Shown here: one piece after another, positions 29,827 through 40,616 of the stretch
Position numbering within the stretch: the first letter of the stretch is position 1
Layout: the number at the start of each line of letters is the position of its first letter
Assembly (NCBI GenBank): GCA_963771465.1
Contig: CAVYTU010000019.1
Span: 64,001 to 128,000 of the forward strand
DNA length: 64,000 nucleotides
Direction: 5' to 3'
DNA from: an uncultured delta proteobacterium
GTDB lineage: Bacteria; Desulfobacterota; Binatia; UBA9968
The notes under the pieces: generated by a model
What the model was told of the DNA's origin: nothing
Databases searched by the model: none
Seen by the model: the letters and a program-made list of their open reading frames with translations, nothing else
Program-made: the position numbers and the translations under genes

Positions 29827-31131
29827 TTGGAACAAGCACCACTGCTCGCGCAGTTTTTGGCTGACACCGCATTCGCCGCTCTGCCGCAATCAGCGCTCCA
29901 AGCCGGTAAGCGCGGCATATTGGACTGTTTGGGAACCGCCATCGGCGGCGCCCGTAGCCAAGCAGCGGTCATCGCCATGGATCTGATCGGTGAGGCCGGC
30001 GGCCAATCCAATGTCACGCTTTTGGCCCGTGGTAAAAAAGCTGCGTTATTAGATGCCGCTTTGTATAACGCCACAGCCGCCCACGCGCTCGATTTCGACG
30101 ATACCTTGAGTCCGCCCTGCGCCATCGCCGGTTTGGCTCTCGCCGAGCAAAGAAGTCTTTCGGGCCGCGAACTCTTACGAAGCTATGTTCTCGGTTTTGA
30201 AGTGGCGAGCAGAATAACCCATGCCATCGGCGGCTGGGAAAACGCCCGCGGCTGGCACATGATGGGCGTCGCCGGGGTTTTTGGCGCCGCCACAGCCGCT
30301 GCACTGTTGCTTAAGTTAAACCCGCCACAAATCGTCAACGCGCTCGGTCTCGCCGCCACTCAAGCGTCCGGTTTGGTCGCCATGCATGGCTTTCTCGCCA
30401 AGCCGTTTCACTCCGGCAAAGCCGCGGTGAACGGCATTTTCGCGGCGCAACTCGCCTGGCGCGGCTGCACGACTGGCCCAGCGCTAGAAGGAGCGCTGAG
30501 CGTATCGCAGGCGATGGGCGGTACGCCGACACCCGATTTGGCAAAAAATCTTGGTAATCCCTATGGCATTCTCACCAATCGCCTCAAACCATTTCCCTGC
30601 GGCCGCTTGGGACACGCGGCGATCGAAGCTGCCGTCCAAGCGCGCGCGTCGCACAACCTCAAAGATGAAGAAATCGTCGCTGTGGAAGTGCGAGTCGAGC
30701 CTCATGCTCAATACTTGATGGGCAAGAACGATCCACAAAACGGCACGCAGTCTATGTTTAGCATCGCCCACGGTGTGACTGCCGGCCTGCTTTACGGCAA
30801 AGCCGGACCGGACCAATTCAGCGATGACACAACCAATGATCCGACGGTCAAAGATTTGCGCCGCCGTGTTCAAGTGGTGCCAGATCCACAGTGCATTTCA
30901 GGCCAGGCAAAGCTCACCGTCCAAACCAAAAACCGCGGCGCGCTCACCACAGAGGTGCCGATCCAAAAGGGCTTCGCCGCCAATCCACTGACCGACGACG
31001 ACGTAAAAGAAAAATTTCTCAACCTAGCCGAACCGGTTCTCGGAGTGGAAAACGCACGACGAGTCGTCGAGCTCGTCTACAGCCTAGAGACCATCGATGA
31101 CGCCGGCGCCATTGCGCGGCAATGCGCCTAA
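29827..31131 (+). CDS. MmgE/PrpD family protein lacking the HP motif
   Basis: HALDFDD, GWH, AKPFHSGKAA and KPFPC; TTG start with AAGGAG. Confidence 0.9.
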   Translation: MEQAPLLAQFLADTAFAALPQSALQAGKRGILDCLGTAIGGARSQAAVIAMDLIGEAGGQSNVTLLARGKKAALLDAALYNATAAHALDFDDTLSPPCAIAGLALAEQRSLSGRELLRSYVLGFEVASRITHAIGGWENARGWHMMGVAGVFGAATAAALLLKLNPPQIVNALGLAATQASGLVAMHGFLAKPFHSGKAAVNGIFAAQLAWRGCTTGPALEGALSVSQAMGGTPTPDLAKNLGNPYGILTNRLKPFPCGRLGHAAIEAAVQARASHNLKDEEIVAVEVRVEPHAQYLMGKNDPQNGTQSMFSIAHGVTAGLLYGKAGPDQFSDDTTNDPTVKDLRRRVQVVPDPQCISGQAKLTVQTKNRGALTTEVPIQKGFAANPLTDDDVKEKFLNLAEPVLGVENARRVVELVYSLETIDDAGAIARQCA

Positions 31132-31193
31132 GCTGCAAAATCGGCGACAGACATAACGCCGGTTGCCGTTAAATTTTTCTTCACGAGCATGCC

Positions 31194-31640
31194 ATGACCC
31201 GCGCCGACCGTTGGATTGGCCCGCTGTTTTTTCTCTTTGGACTCTTCGTCGTGTGGCAAGCATCCAAGCTGGAGTTTGCCAGCAGCTACGGCGCGGGCAG
31301 CGGTTTTTTTCCTTACTGGCTCGGTATCGCGATGGTTTTGCTTGCCGTGCTGGTAATCGTCGCCGCTTGGCGCATTCCGTCCGGCGCCGACGATACGGTG
31401 GCACCGCATTTGTCGAAGCAAAAAGTCGCGGCGTATGTCGCGCTACTGGCGTTCGTGTTTACCGTCGAGACCATCGGTTTCATCATCGCGATCACTTGTC
31501 TTTCCGCGTTTCTCCTTAAGCTCGAGGGCGAGAGTTGGCGGCGCGCGCTCGCGGTGGCGGGTGCGACAGGCGTCGGATTTTATCTTTTCTTTGTTCGTCT
31601 GCTTTCGGTGACGCTGCCCCGCGGGCCTCTCGGTTTTTGA
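31194..31640 (+). CDS. tctB: Tripartite tricarboxylate transporter TctB
   Basis: GAGSGFFP, about five TMs, C-terminal LSVTLPRG. Confidence 0.88.
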   Translation: MTRADRWIGPLFFLFGLFVVWQASKLEFASSYGAGSGFFPYWLGIAMVLLAVLVIVAAWRIPSGADDTVAPHLSKQKVAAYVALLAFVFTVETIGFIIAITCLSAFLLKLEGESWRRALAVAGATGVGFYLFFVRLLSVTLPRGPLGF

Positions 31641-31645
31641 ACGCC

Positions 31646-33145
31646 ATGGACGTCCTGACCAATCTTTTGCACGGCTTCCAAGTGGCCTTGCTGCCGATGA
31701 ACCTGCTGTTCTGTTTGATCGGCGTGACCGTCGGCACCGTGGTCGGCATCCTGCCGGGCATCGGCACCACCGCCGCGGTGTCGATACTCCTGCCGCTCAC
31801 CTTTCGCATGGACCCGACGTCGGCGATGATCATGCTCGCCGGCATTTACTACGGCACCAAATATGGCGGCTCGACGACTTCTATTTTAGTCAACACGCCG
31901 GGCGAGTCTTCGTCCGTCGTCACCTGTATCGACGGTTATCAAATGGCGCTGCAGGGACGCGCCGGACCGGCGCTGGGAATCGCGGCCATCGCTTCGTTCA
32001 TCGCCGGGACGCTAGGTTTGTTTGGCTTGATCTTACTCGGTCCGATGCTGACCCAGGTAGCTTTGAGCTTCGGGCCACCGGAATATTTCGCCTTGATGAC
32101 GATGGGCCTTACGACCGTCGCCTATCTGGCCGGTCGGTCGATCAGCAAAGCGCTTTTGACGACGGCTGTCGGCCTGCTGCTCTCGACTGTAGGTTTCGAT
32201 ATCTTCACCGGCAAACTGCGCTTCACTTTCAATCACAGTGATCTCTCCGACGGCATCAGCTTCATTACCGTTGCCACCGGATTATTCGCCATCGGCGAAG
32301 TGCTGTTCAATGTTGGCAGATCATCCGCCCAAGTGGAGATGTTCAAAGTGTCATCGCGGGTGCGCGATCTTCTGCCCAGTTGGCAAGATTTGCGCGATTG
32401 CCGCTGGTCGTTCATTCGCGGCACGGTAATCGGTTTCGTCGTCGGCGTGCTTCCCGGGGCGGGTTCGTCGATATCGTCGTTTCTCTCTTACGCGTTGGAG
32501 AAGCGCTACTCGGATCATCCCGAACGCTTCGGCAAAGGCGCCATCGAAGGCGTCGCTGGGCCGGAGGGAGCCAACAATGCCGACACCGCCGGCGCCATGG
32601 TGCCGATGCTCAGTTTAGGGCTGCCCGGCTCTGGCGGCACAGCCGTTTTGCTCGGCGCGCTGATACTTTACGGCGTCCAGCCAGGCCCGCTGCTTTTTCA
32701 ACAACAGCCTAAACTCGTGTGGGGACTGATCGCCAGCATGTACGTCGGCAACGTCATGCTGCTTATTTTAAACCTGCCGCTGGTGCCGCTCTTCGCCAGC
32801 ATGTTGCGGCTACCTTATCGTTTTCTCTATCCTTTGATTCTCGGCTTCTGTTTCGTTGGGGTTTACAGCGTCCGCCAAAGCGCGACCGACCTGTGGTTGC
32901 TGTCATTTTTTGGCTTGCTCGGCTACTTGTTTCGGATTTACGATTATCCCGCCGCGCCGCTGGTGTTAGGACTTGTCCTCGGGCCGCTGATCGAGCGCGC
33001 GCTGCGCCAGTCGATGGTTCTATCTCAGGGCGACCCGATGATTTTTCTGACCCGGCCGATTTCGGCCAGCCTCATTGGCGTCGCCATCGTCTTGCTCGTC
33101 GGGCCGACGCTGCTCGCGTCGTTCAAAGGAAAGTCTAGCGGGTGA
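31646..33145 (+). CDS. tctA: Tripartite tricarboxylate transporter TctA
   Basis: [21 protein letters not shown] and GPEGANNA. Confidence 0.95.
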   Translation: MDVLTNLLHGFQVALLPMNLLFCLIGVTVGTVVGILPGIGTTAAVSILLPLTFRMDPTSAMIMLAGIYYGTKYGGSTTSILVNTPGESSSVVTCIDGYQMALQGRAGPALGIAAIASFIAGTLGLFGLILLGPMLTQVALSFGPPEYFALMTMGLTTVAYLAGRSISKALLTTAVGLLLSTVGFDIFTGKLRFTFNHSDLSDGISFITVATGLFAIGEVLFNVGRSSAQVEMFKVSSRVRDLLPSWQDLRDCRWSFIRGTVIGFVVGVLPGAGSSISSFLSYALEKRYSDHPERFGKGAIEGVAGPEGANNADTAGAMVPMLSLGLPGSGGTAVLLGALILYGVQPGPLLFQQQPKLVWGLIASMYVGNVMLLILNLPLVPLFASMLRLPYRFLYPLILGFCFVGVYSVRQSATDLWLLSFFGLLGYLFRIYDYPAAPLVLGLVLGPLIERALRQSMVLSQGDPMIFLTRPISASLIGVAIVLLVGPTLLASFKGKSSG

Positions 33146-33224
33146 ATTCGCGGTGGGATGACAATAACTAGCGCCACCCGACCGTGAATTTGTAAGTTAC
33201 TGCTCTCGACGAGAAAAACTGAAC

Positions 33225-33296
33225 TCACCACGAAGATCGCGAAGGTTCAGATGTATATGATTCCGACCTTCGTGCTCTTCGTGTCCTTCGTGGTGA
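33225..33296. repeat. REP/MITE-like inverted repeat element
   Basis: Perfect 11-bp terminal inverted repeat TCACCACGAAG/CTTCGTGGTGA with internal CTTCGTG iterations. Confidence 0.75.
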
Positions 33297-33338
33297 ATAA
33301 TCTCCCTCACTCCAAGCAAAAATCAATGACAATTCAAT

Positions 33339-34451
33339 TCAATGCTGCGGCACGACGCTGACGTGGACCGGGTCCGGCAAGCCTTCGCCGCTCGCGGTCC
33401 GGAGCGCCTCGTCCACATGGTTCAAATCGAATTGATGGCTGCACATCGCGCCGAGGGGAAATTTACCGGACGCAATCGTGTTTAGCGCCATTTCCACCGA
33501 GTTGTAACTATGGCCGCGCGCGGCTTTAACCGCCATGTATTTTAGTTTGATGATACCCAATGGGAAGTTGTTGATCGTTTGATTCATGTTGCCGGCAGCG
33601 ATCACCAAGGTGCTGCGCTTCATATTCAATAAATCCATCGCCGGCAGGATCGTTTGCTCGCTTGCCGCGGCGACATCGATCGCCACGTCGACACCGCGCC
33701 CGCCGGTGATCTCGCGCACCCGTTCGCGCAAATCTTCCTTCTCGACGTTAATGGTAAAATCGGCGCCCAAACGCTTCGCCAGCTCGAGCCGGCTGGTGTC
33801 ACGGGACAAACCTGAGACGATGATGCAGGATGCACCGGCTTCCTTGGCCGCAATCACGCAGCCCAGTCCCTGCTGACCCGGCCCTTCCACCAGCACGCTC
33901 TTGCCCGGACTCACACCGCCCTCGACATAAGCCCACTGCCAGCCGTTGCCGAGGGGCAGCGCCATCGCGGCCTGCTCGGCGGGCACATGGCTCGGCACTT
34001 TGTGAAAAACCGAATTGGTATGCAGATAAAGATACTGGCTAAAACCGCCCCACAATGCCGGCGCCACCGTCACCGCCGTCGAGCCGTAGCGCGCCGCGTT
34101 GGGCGTGTTGTGAATATCGGTTTCATAGCACATGCGAAAATCGCCCGCTCGGCAATACTCGCAGTAGCCGCACGGCAGATATTCTTCCAGGGCAACTCGA
34201 TCGCCTTCCTTGACGCCCCAACGCTGCGCCGCGATTTTGCCGACCTTGGCGATGAAACCGATATTCTCATGCCCCATGATATGCGCCCCATTGCGCGAGG
34301 CGCGCGGATAGGAACGCACGTCGCTGCCGCAAATCCCCGCAGCCTCGACTTTCAATAGTCCGCCGTCAATCGGCACCTCCGGCAAATCGAACTCCCGCAC
34401 CTCAGTCTGCTTGGGCCCAATCTTGACTGCCGCCGTTACTTTCCCTGCCAT
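33339..34451 (-). CDS. Zn-dependent medium-chain dehydrogenase, paralog of 23053
   Basis: GICGSD, GHE, CGYCEYC and GPGQQG. Confidence 0.92.
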   Translation of the reverse strand: MAGKVTAAVKIGPKQTEVREFDLPEVPIDGGLLKVEAAGICGSDVRSYPRASRNGAHIMGHENIGFIAKVGKIAAQRWGVKEGDRVALEEYLPCGYCEYCRAGDFRMCYETDIHNTPNAARYGSTAVTVAPALWGGFSQYLYLHTNSVFHKVPSHVPAEQAAMALPLGNGWQWAYVEGGVSPGKSVLVEGPGQQGLGCVIAAKEAGASCIIVSGLSRDTSRLELAKRLGADFTINVEKEDLRERVREITGGRGVDVAIDVAAASEQTILPAMDLLNMKRSTLVIAAGNMNQTINNFPLGIIKLKYMAVKAARGHSYNSVEMALNTIASGKFPLGAMCSHQFDLNHVDEALRTASGEGLPDPVHVSVVPQH

Positions 34452-34591
34452 GTGACTAACTCTCTTTCCCGCATGCAGCGTCGCATGCGACTTTCGGTAT
34501 TGGATTGAAAAATCTTTTACTCACCTCATGGGCCACGAAAGGTTGATTCGTTCTTGTGACCTTTGTGCTCCACGGGGTCGTTCTTTTATCT

Positions 34592-35860
34592 CTACCAGCG
34601 CGCCACCAATTTGTCCTTTGCCGCTTCTTGCCAGCGCACATCTTTTGGAATAGTCACATCGGTCGCGCGCAGATTGCGATAGCCGTTGGAATCCGCTCCC
34701 GGCGGATCGATGCCGTTGCGCAGATCGTTAGCGGCATCGAGCATGCAGCGGCGAAATTGGATGATCGCTTTATCCGTCGTGCCCAGATGTTCCCGCGAGC
34801 GGTCGATGATCGGTCCCATACTTTCTTGTACCGCCAAATCTTGAGTATTGAGACCGCGAATACCGGTAAACGTTTTCTTGCGCTGCAACTCGCGATCGAT
34901 GAGCCAATCATTGGCGCGGGTTTGATGACGAATGACACCTTCGCCGTTGGGACCGCGGCCCGCCGAAGTTTCGCGTTTCAGGATAAGTTCCGGCGATAGC
35001 GTTTTGTCTTCGTCCACTGAAAGCATCCAGTTAAACACCATGGTATTTTCATCGTCCATGGGTACCCACATATGGCCTTGGATCATCGGTAATGCTTCCC
35101 GATTGCCGCTGCCACCGAAATCCACTTGATGGGAACGGAACTGGTGAAACGGCAGCACGAACTGATAAATGCGCACGTAGTTGCCGATCTCGCCCAGATT
35201 GCGGATGCCGGCGTAGCGAAATCCATAGGCGGTCCGTTCGACCTCCAGTTTTGGCGCCGTGTCGATGCGCTTGAAGTGGCGCTCGTTGGATAAATCGTTG
35301 TTGTGCAAGAACGAAGAGTGAACCGTATCGATGCCGCCCTCGACCGCTTGGGCATAGTTGGCGAACTCGTGAGTCTTGGAAACGGCGCGGTATTGCTCCG
35401 GCGCCCGGCTCCACTCCATACCCGGCGACTCAGGCTGCTTATCCGACGGACCCATATAAGCCCAAATCACTCCGCCCTGATCGAGGGTTGGATAAGATGT
35501 GATATGAATCTTGTCTTTGAAGTTACTCTCCGCGGGTTCATTGGGCATGTCGACGCAAGCGCCCGCCACGTCGAATTTCCAACCGTGATAAACACAGCGC
35601 AGGCCGCACTCTTCGTTTCGCCCCAAGAATAGCGACGCTCGGCGATGCGGGCAGAACTCGTCGAGCAAGCCGACCCGTCCCTCTGTATCGCGAAATGCGA
35701 CCAACTCTTCGCCCAGAAGCTTGACCCGCACCGGAGGACAATCAGGCGCGGGAATGTCAGATGAAAGCAGCGCCGGCATCCAATAGCGCCGCATCAGGTC
35801 GCCCATCGGCGTGCCCGGTCCGACTTGCGTGAGGATTTTGTTCTCTTCGCGCGATAACAT
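34592..35860 (-). CDS. Rieske oxygenase alpha subunit (phthalate 4,5-dioxygenase/LigX-like)
   Basis: CPHR...CVYHGW; EGGIDTVHSSFLH; QD. Confidence 0.92.
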   Translation of the reverse strand: MLSREENKILTQVGPGTPMGDLMRRYWMPALLSSDIPAPDCPPVRVKLLGEELVAFRDTEGRVGLLDEFCPHRRASLFLGRNEECGLRCVYHGWKFDVAGACVDMPNEPAESNFKDKIHITSYPTLDQGGVIWAYMGPSDKQPESPGMEWSRAPEQYRAVSKTHEFANYAQAVEGGIDTVHSSFLHNNDLSNERHFKRIDTAPKLEVERTAYGFRYAGIRNLGEIGNYVRIYQFVLPFHQFRSHQVDFGGSGNREALPMIQGHMWVPMDDENTMVFNWMLSVDEDKTLSPELILKRETSAGRGPNGEGVIRHQTRANDWLIDRELQRKKTFTGIRGLNTQDLAVQESMGPIIDRSREHLGTTDKAIIQFRRCMLDAANDLRNGIDPPGADSNGYRNLRATDVTIPKDVRWQEAAKDKLVARW

Positions 35861-36049
35861 TTACTTTCCTCCCAGGTTGCTAAACTAACTCACTCACTAC
35901 CTGTCCTATCGAAAGAACGGTCGTTGCTCAAGAGCGGAATGGCATTGCTAGATTGACACAGATTACGATTCTATTATAGGTGTCAGGATGTACAGTTCAA
36001 AATCTTGGCAATCATGCACAAGCATCGTCGATCTATCTAGGAGTCATTC

Positions 36050-37105
36050 ATGGCCAATCCCCCAGCGCGATATTCCAAGCCGCGAGTTTTTGTTCGGGCA
36101 GTCGAAAGCATCACCTATTCACTCAACGATATGCGGCGCCAGCGGCTCGCGAACACGCCACGGGTGATTCGCCGTGACTATCAGGAATTACTGCACGCCA
36201 CCGGCGATAAGGTCGAAGAAAAATCCATCATCAGCCCCGGCAAAGAACCCTTCGTCACGCAAAGCCTCCATTGCCACTTCGTCCTGCTCCCGCCCGGCGC
36301 GCGCGACAAGGGTCACGGCCACCAGAACGAGGCGTTCATTTACTTTCTCCAGGGGCGCGGTTTCGACATGCACGACGGCGTCCGCTACAACTGGGAAGCC
36401 GGCGATTGTTTGGCCGTGCACAACGATTCGGTGCACTGGCACAACAATCTCGATCCCGACCGGCCGGCGGTGGGACTGATCATGAAGGCGAAACCGACAT
36501 GGCTATTCTTAGGCCTGCACCAGCAAGGACCGCTCGGCACCACACCGGCGGCGGACGACGACCGCTGGGGCCCGCCGACCGAACTTTCCATCGTTCGCGC
36601 GCCGGCCGATGAAAAGCTACAAAAAGTTCTCAAGGCCAATGACACACCGTGGCAAATGACGCCGCACGGCAAATTGCGTTTGCTCGCCGACGCCACCGTG
36701 CCCCTGCGGGTCAAGGCCATCGATGTGCATCTGCAGGATATTCCCGGCGGCAGCCGGTCGGGAAAACAGTGGCAGATGGCCGATGAAGTCTTCTACGTAC
36801 TTGAAGGCAAAGGCTACGATCACCACTGGGACGTCGACGTCGATATAACCGACAAGTACTACGCGCGTATCGCCAAGCAGCCGAGCCGCTGGGATTGGCA
36901 AGCCGGCGATCTGGTCTACATTCCGCATAACAGCGTCCATCAGCACTTCAATGCCGATCCAGCAAAACCGGCACGTCTAATCTCCGCCACCAATCGGCTT
37001 TACAAAATGCTCGGCTACTCCAGAATCGAGCAGCTTGAGAATGCGCCGGAGTATGGCGCGTCGACCCAACCTCGCGCGGCGGTCATGGAGCATCGGGTGT
37101 CGTAG
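36050..37105 (+). CDS. Bicupin protein
   Basis: HGHQNEA...HWH in domain 1; QWQMADE...HQHFN in domain 2. Confidence 0.85.
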   Translation: MANPPARYSKPRVFVRAVESITYSLNDMRRQRLANTPRVIRRDYQELLHATGDKVEEKSIISPGKEPFVTQSLHCHFVLLPPGARDKGHGHQNEAFIYFLQGRGFDMHDGVRYNWEAGDCLAVHNDSVHWHNNLDPDRPAVGLIMKAKPTWLFLGLHQQGPLGTTPAADDDRWGPPTELSIVRAPADEKLQKVLKANDTPWQMTPHGKLRLLADATVPLRVKAIDVHLQDIPGGSRSGKQWQMADEVFYVLEGKGYDHHWDVDVDITDKYYARIAKQPSRWDWQAGDLVYIPHNSVHQHFNADPAKPARLISATNRLYKMLGYSRIEQLENAPEYGASTQPRAAVMEHRVS

Positions 37106-37133
37106 GTCAAGGATAAACGATGGAGCAGGAAAG

Positions 37134-38258
37134 ATGGCGTTTCTCCTAATAAAATTATTGGTGATTTTTTTGGCAGCGGCGTGGTTTTCCGGGTCGAGCG
37201 CCCTCGCGGCTGCCGCGAGCCCGGCTTTGTTGAAAGCAAAAAAAGACGCCGACGCCCGAGGCTACACGTTCGTCACCAGCCGCGACGAGATCGTCAACAA
37301 AGCCAAGCAAGAAGGCAGACTGCGCGTGCTTGCCGAGATGGAGCCGCCGACGATCAAAGCCGCGGTCAAGGCGTTTACCAGCAAATATCCATTCATCAAC
37401 CTGCACATTGAAGAGATCAGCGGCGCCGACGCCGCGCGGCGCAATATTCTGGAAATCAAGAGCGGCATGGCCAAAGACTGGGACGTGCTCCATCTCTCCA
37501 CCGATTTCTACAACGAATATCTACCCTATTTGTGGAAGATGGATATCGTCGGCATGGCCCAGCAGGGAATTTTGCAGATTCCGGTGGCGATGATCGATCC
37601 CAAACATCGTAACGTGGCCGGCTTTTACAGCCGCTTTCAAGTGACCCCCTACAACAAGACTCTGGTCCCTACGGACAAACTGCCAAGACTCTGGGAAGAT
37701 TTGCTCAAGCCAGAATTCAAAGGCAAAAAATTCGCCGCCGATATACGCCCGACGGAAATAGCCGCACTGGTGCCGGCGTTCGGTTTGGAGAAAACCCTCG
37801 ACTTTGCTCGAAAGATAGCGGCGCAAGACCCCATTTGGGTGCGCGGCGGCAGTCGGACCGTAACTCGATCGCCGCCGGCGAGGTGCCGATGATGATCGGC
37901 CCCAATTTTCACACCACCAAACGGGCGATCAGGCAAAGACCGTTTGGGCAATTTGCAATTCGTAGCGCTCGAACCAGTGCCGGTGCGTTTGTCGCTGGAA
38001 GAAGCGATTCAGGCCGGCAGCAAGAATCCCCATGCCGGGCTGTTGTTTCTCGAATGGATGGCCAGTCCCGAGTCGCAAAAAATTGCCGATGAAAACGAGC
38101 CGGCGAGCTCGTCGTTGCATGTGCGCGGCGGCATTGTCGAACAGGAACTGCGTGGCAAGAAACTTTCCACCGTGAGCTGGGAGCATCACCAACAGATGGA
38201 CCAATGGCAGGCGAAAGTTTTCGAGGCCTACGGTTTTCCGAAGGCCGAGGGCAAATAA
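37134..38258 (+). CDS. ABC substrate-binding protein (Fe3+/thiamine-like cluster), two apparent frameshifts
   Basis: Aligns by eye with the 40617 paralog across three ORF segments; shifts near 37862 and 37930. Confidence 0.85.
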
Positions 38259-38297
38259 CCGCTACAACGTCGAGCACGAATCATAGGAGGAAACCCA

Positions 38298-38864
38298 ATG
38301 CCAATGGAAGAGTCCAGAAAATGGCGCAAAGGTAGCAAGACGGCGACCTACTACGCCGACGACCTGAAGCGCACCAAGGAAGAGAAACTTGAGCTCGATA
38401 AATATCCCAAAGCGGTCAAGCCGGAAGAAATGCCCTGGGAAGACAGTCCTCATGGCCGCCTTAAGCACATGGCGCGCGAGGACATCAACGCGCGAATCAA
38501 AGATATCGACATGTACCAGCAGGAATTGGCGCCCGGCGGGCGTTCGGGCAAACATCGCCACACCGCCGAAGAGCTGATGTTTATATTGGAAGGACGCGGC
38601 TACTCGCTTCATTGGGACGTCGACTTCGATCTCGACGACGAAGGCTACAAATGGCATACCCCTACCGAACCTAAGCGCTTCGATTGGGAAGAAGGCGATC
38701 TGGTTTTCATCCCGATCAACACCGTACATCAGCATTTCAACAGCGATCCAGATAAACCGGCGCGCTTTGTTTCGGCTAGTAACCGCATCTACAAGACGCT
38801 CGGCTTGGGCGACGTGGAAGAGCTCGAAGAAGCTCCGCCGTTCGATAAAAAAATCGGTCTCTAA
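38298..38864 (+). CDS. Monocupin homologous to the C-half of 36050
   Basis: HRHTAEE...HQHFN; AGGAGG RBS. Confidence 0.85.
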   Translation: MPMEESRKWRKGSKTATYYADDLKRTKEEKLELDKYPKAVKPEEMPWEDSPHGRLKHMAREDINARIKDIDMYQQELAPGGRSGKHRHTAEELMFILEGRGYSLHWDVDFDLDDEGYKWHTPTEPKRFDWEEGDLVFIPINTVHQHFNSDPDKPARFVSASNRIYKTLGLGDVEELEEAPPFDKKIGL

Positions 38865-38885
38865 AAAATTGAGGAGGATCATCCA

Positions 38886-39439
38886 GTGGAACAACAAATG
38901 TATGACGAAGAACGTTGTTACGTGCGCGGCATCGGCGCCAAGAGCTACAGTCTCAAGCAGGAATTGGAACGATTGCGCAGCATGCCGCGGGTCATCAAAG
39001 GCGCGAATTTACCTTGGCGCAGCGGCCCGCAAGTATTTCACAAAAATATGTTGAACCCGGGTCACAAACTTACCAAAGCTTGCACTGTTCCCAGGAGGAA
39101 TTGGCGCCCGGCGGCAAGTCGCAGAAGCACGGCCACCAGAACTCGGCGCTGCTCTACGTGCTGGAGGGCGAAGGGTACGATATCCACGACGGCAAACGCT
39201 ACGACTGGAACGCCGGCGACCTCGTGCTGGTCACGCCCGGCTGCGTGCATCAACATTTCAACGCGCTTAAAGATCGCCCGGCTCGCGTTCTAATTATCAA
39301 GGCGAAACCCATGTTTCTATTCATGGGGCTAATTCAGCAGGGTTTCGTCGAAAAAGCGCCAAAACAGGCTCAGCCAGGCTGGGAAGATTTCAAGCCGTTG
39401 CACGGCTCGTTTCTCGAACAGATCGAAAAAAATAAATAA
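38886..39439 (+). CDS. Monocupin homologous to the N-half of 36050, frameshift near 39074
   Basis: Adding one C to ACCAAAGC restores LTQSLHC...HGHQN...HQHFN. Confidence 0.82.
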
Positions 39440-39458
39440 ATGGTTTAGGAGGCAGGCT

Positions 39459-40586
39459 GTGAAAGTGCGTCTCTTCATAGGAATGGTTGCGTTGGTCGTG
39501 CTCGGCTGTTGGATTCATTCATCAGAAGCGTTTGGCGCTGCCGCTCCAAGCCCGGCGTTGATCAAAGCCAAACAGGAGGCCGAGGCGAGGGGTTTAACGT
39601 TCGAAACCAGCCGCGATGAGATTCTCGCCAAAGCCAAGAAGGAGGGCCGGTTGCGGGTTTTGAGCTCTCTCGATCCCATCAGTTTCAAGCCGATGGCCGA
39701 CTCGTTCAAGAAAAAATACCCGTTCATCGACATTCAGATCTCGGAGCTCACCGGCACGGAGGCGCTGCAGCGCCACTTGTTGGAATTGAAAGCCGGCACG
39801 CTCAAGGATTGGGACATCCTGCACGCCTCCGAAGATTCCTACACCGATTTTACTAACCACACGATGAAGCTCGACGTCTTGGGCATGGCTGAGCAGGGAG
39901 TATTGCGGATCAATCCCAAGATGGTCGATCCGGAAAATCGCGCCATCGTCGCCGTCGCCAGCGGCATGTGCGGCATCGCCTACAACAAGACGCTCGTGCC
40001 GGGCGACCGGGTGCCGAACCAGTTGGAAGATGTGCTCAAGCCTGAATTCAAAGGCAAGAAGTTGGTGGTCGACATCCGACCGCACTGCATGTCGGCGCTG
40101 ATGGTCGCCCAGGGTGAAGAATGGGTGGTGAACTATGCGCGCAAAATCAAGGAGCAAGACCCCGTCTGGGTGCGCGGCAACACGCGCTCGCTGACATCGA
40201 TCTCCGTCGGCGAGTACACCATGCACCAACTCAGCAACTACCATTCCTGCGTGCGTGCCGCGCAAAAGGATAAGAGCAAGAATCTCGTTTGTAAAATCGT
40301 CGAGCCGGTGTCGATCCGGATTCAAGAACCCGATTTTGTCGTCAAGAGCGCGGCCAATGTTTCCTCGGCGCTGCTGTTTTTAGAACATCAAGCGAGCCCG
40401 GAAGGCCAAAAGGTTCTCGATGAAATTGAACCGATGAAATCCAGCATCTTCGGCCCCGGTCAAGTCAGCAAAACAGTTCAGGGGAAGAAAATTTCGCTCA
40501 ATGATTTTCGCACCTATCACAAAACTCAAGGCTGGATGAAAATGATTGTCGAGGCATACGGCTTTCCCAAAGCCGAGATTCGTTAG
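39459..40586 (+). CDS. ABC substrate-binding protein
   Basis: Signal peptide, AKKEGRL, AYNK, KPEFKGK and AYGFPKAE. Confidence 0.88.
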   Translation: MKVRLFIGMVALVVLGCWIHSSEAFGAAAPSPALIKAKQEAEARGLTFETSRDEILAKAKKEGRLRVLSSLDPISFKPMADSFKKKYPFIDIQISELTGTEALQRHLLELKAGTLKDWDILHASEDSYTDFTNHTMKLDVLGMAEQGVLRINPKMVDPENRAIVAVASGMCGIAYNKTLVPGDRVPNQLEDVLKPEFKGKKLVVDIRPHCMSALMVAQGEEWVVNYARKIKEQDPVWVRGNTRSLTSISVGEYTMHQLSNYHSCVRAAQKDKSKNLVCKIVEPVSIRIQEPDFVVKSAANVSSALLFLEHQASPEGQKVLDEIEPMKSSIFGPGQVSKTVQGKKISLNDFRTYHKTQGWMKMIVEAYGFPKAEIR

Positions 40587-40616
40587 CAAACGTTGTTAAT
40601 CAATGAATCAAGCGCC

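Noticed and set aside
33225-33296. Possible CRISPR repeats (CTTCGTG iterations)
   Set aside because: No regular repeat-spacer array and no cas genes
35953-35980. TTGACA as a sigma70 promoter for the cupin cluster
   Set aside because: No good -10 hexamer at 16-18 bp spacing, so support is insufficient
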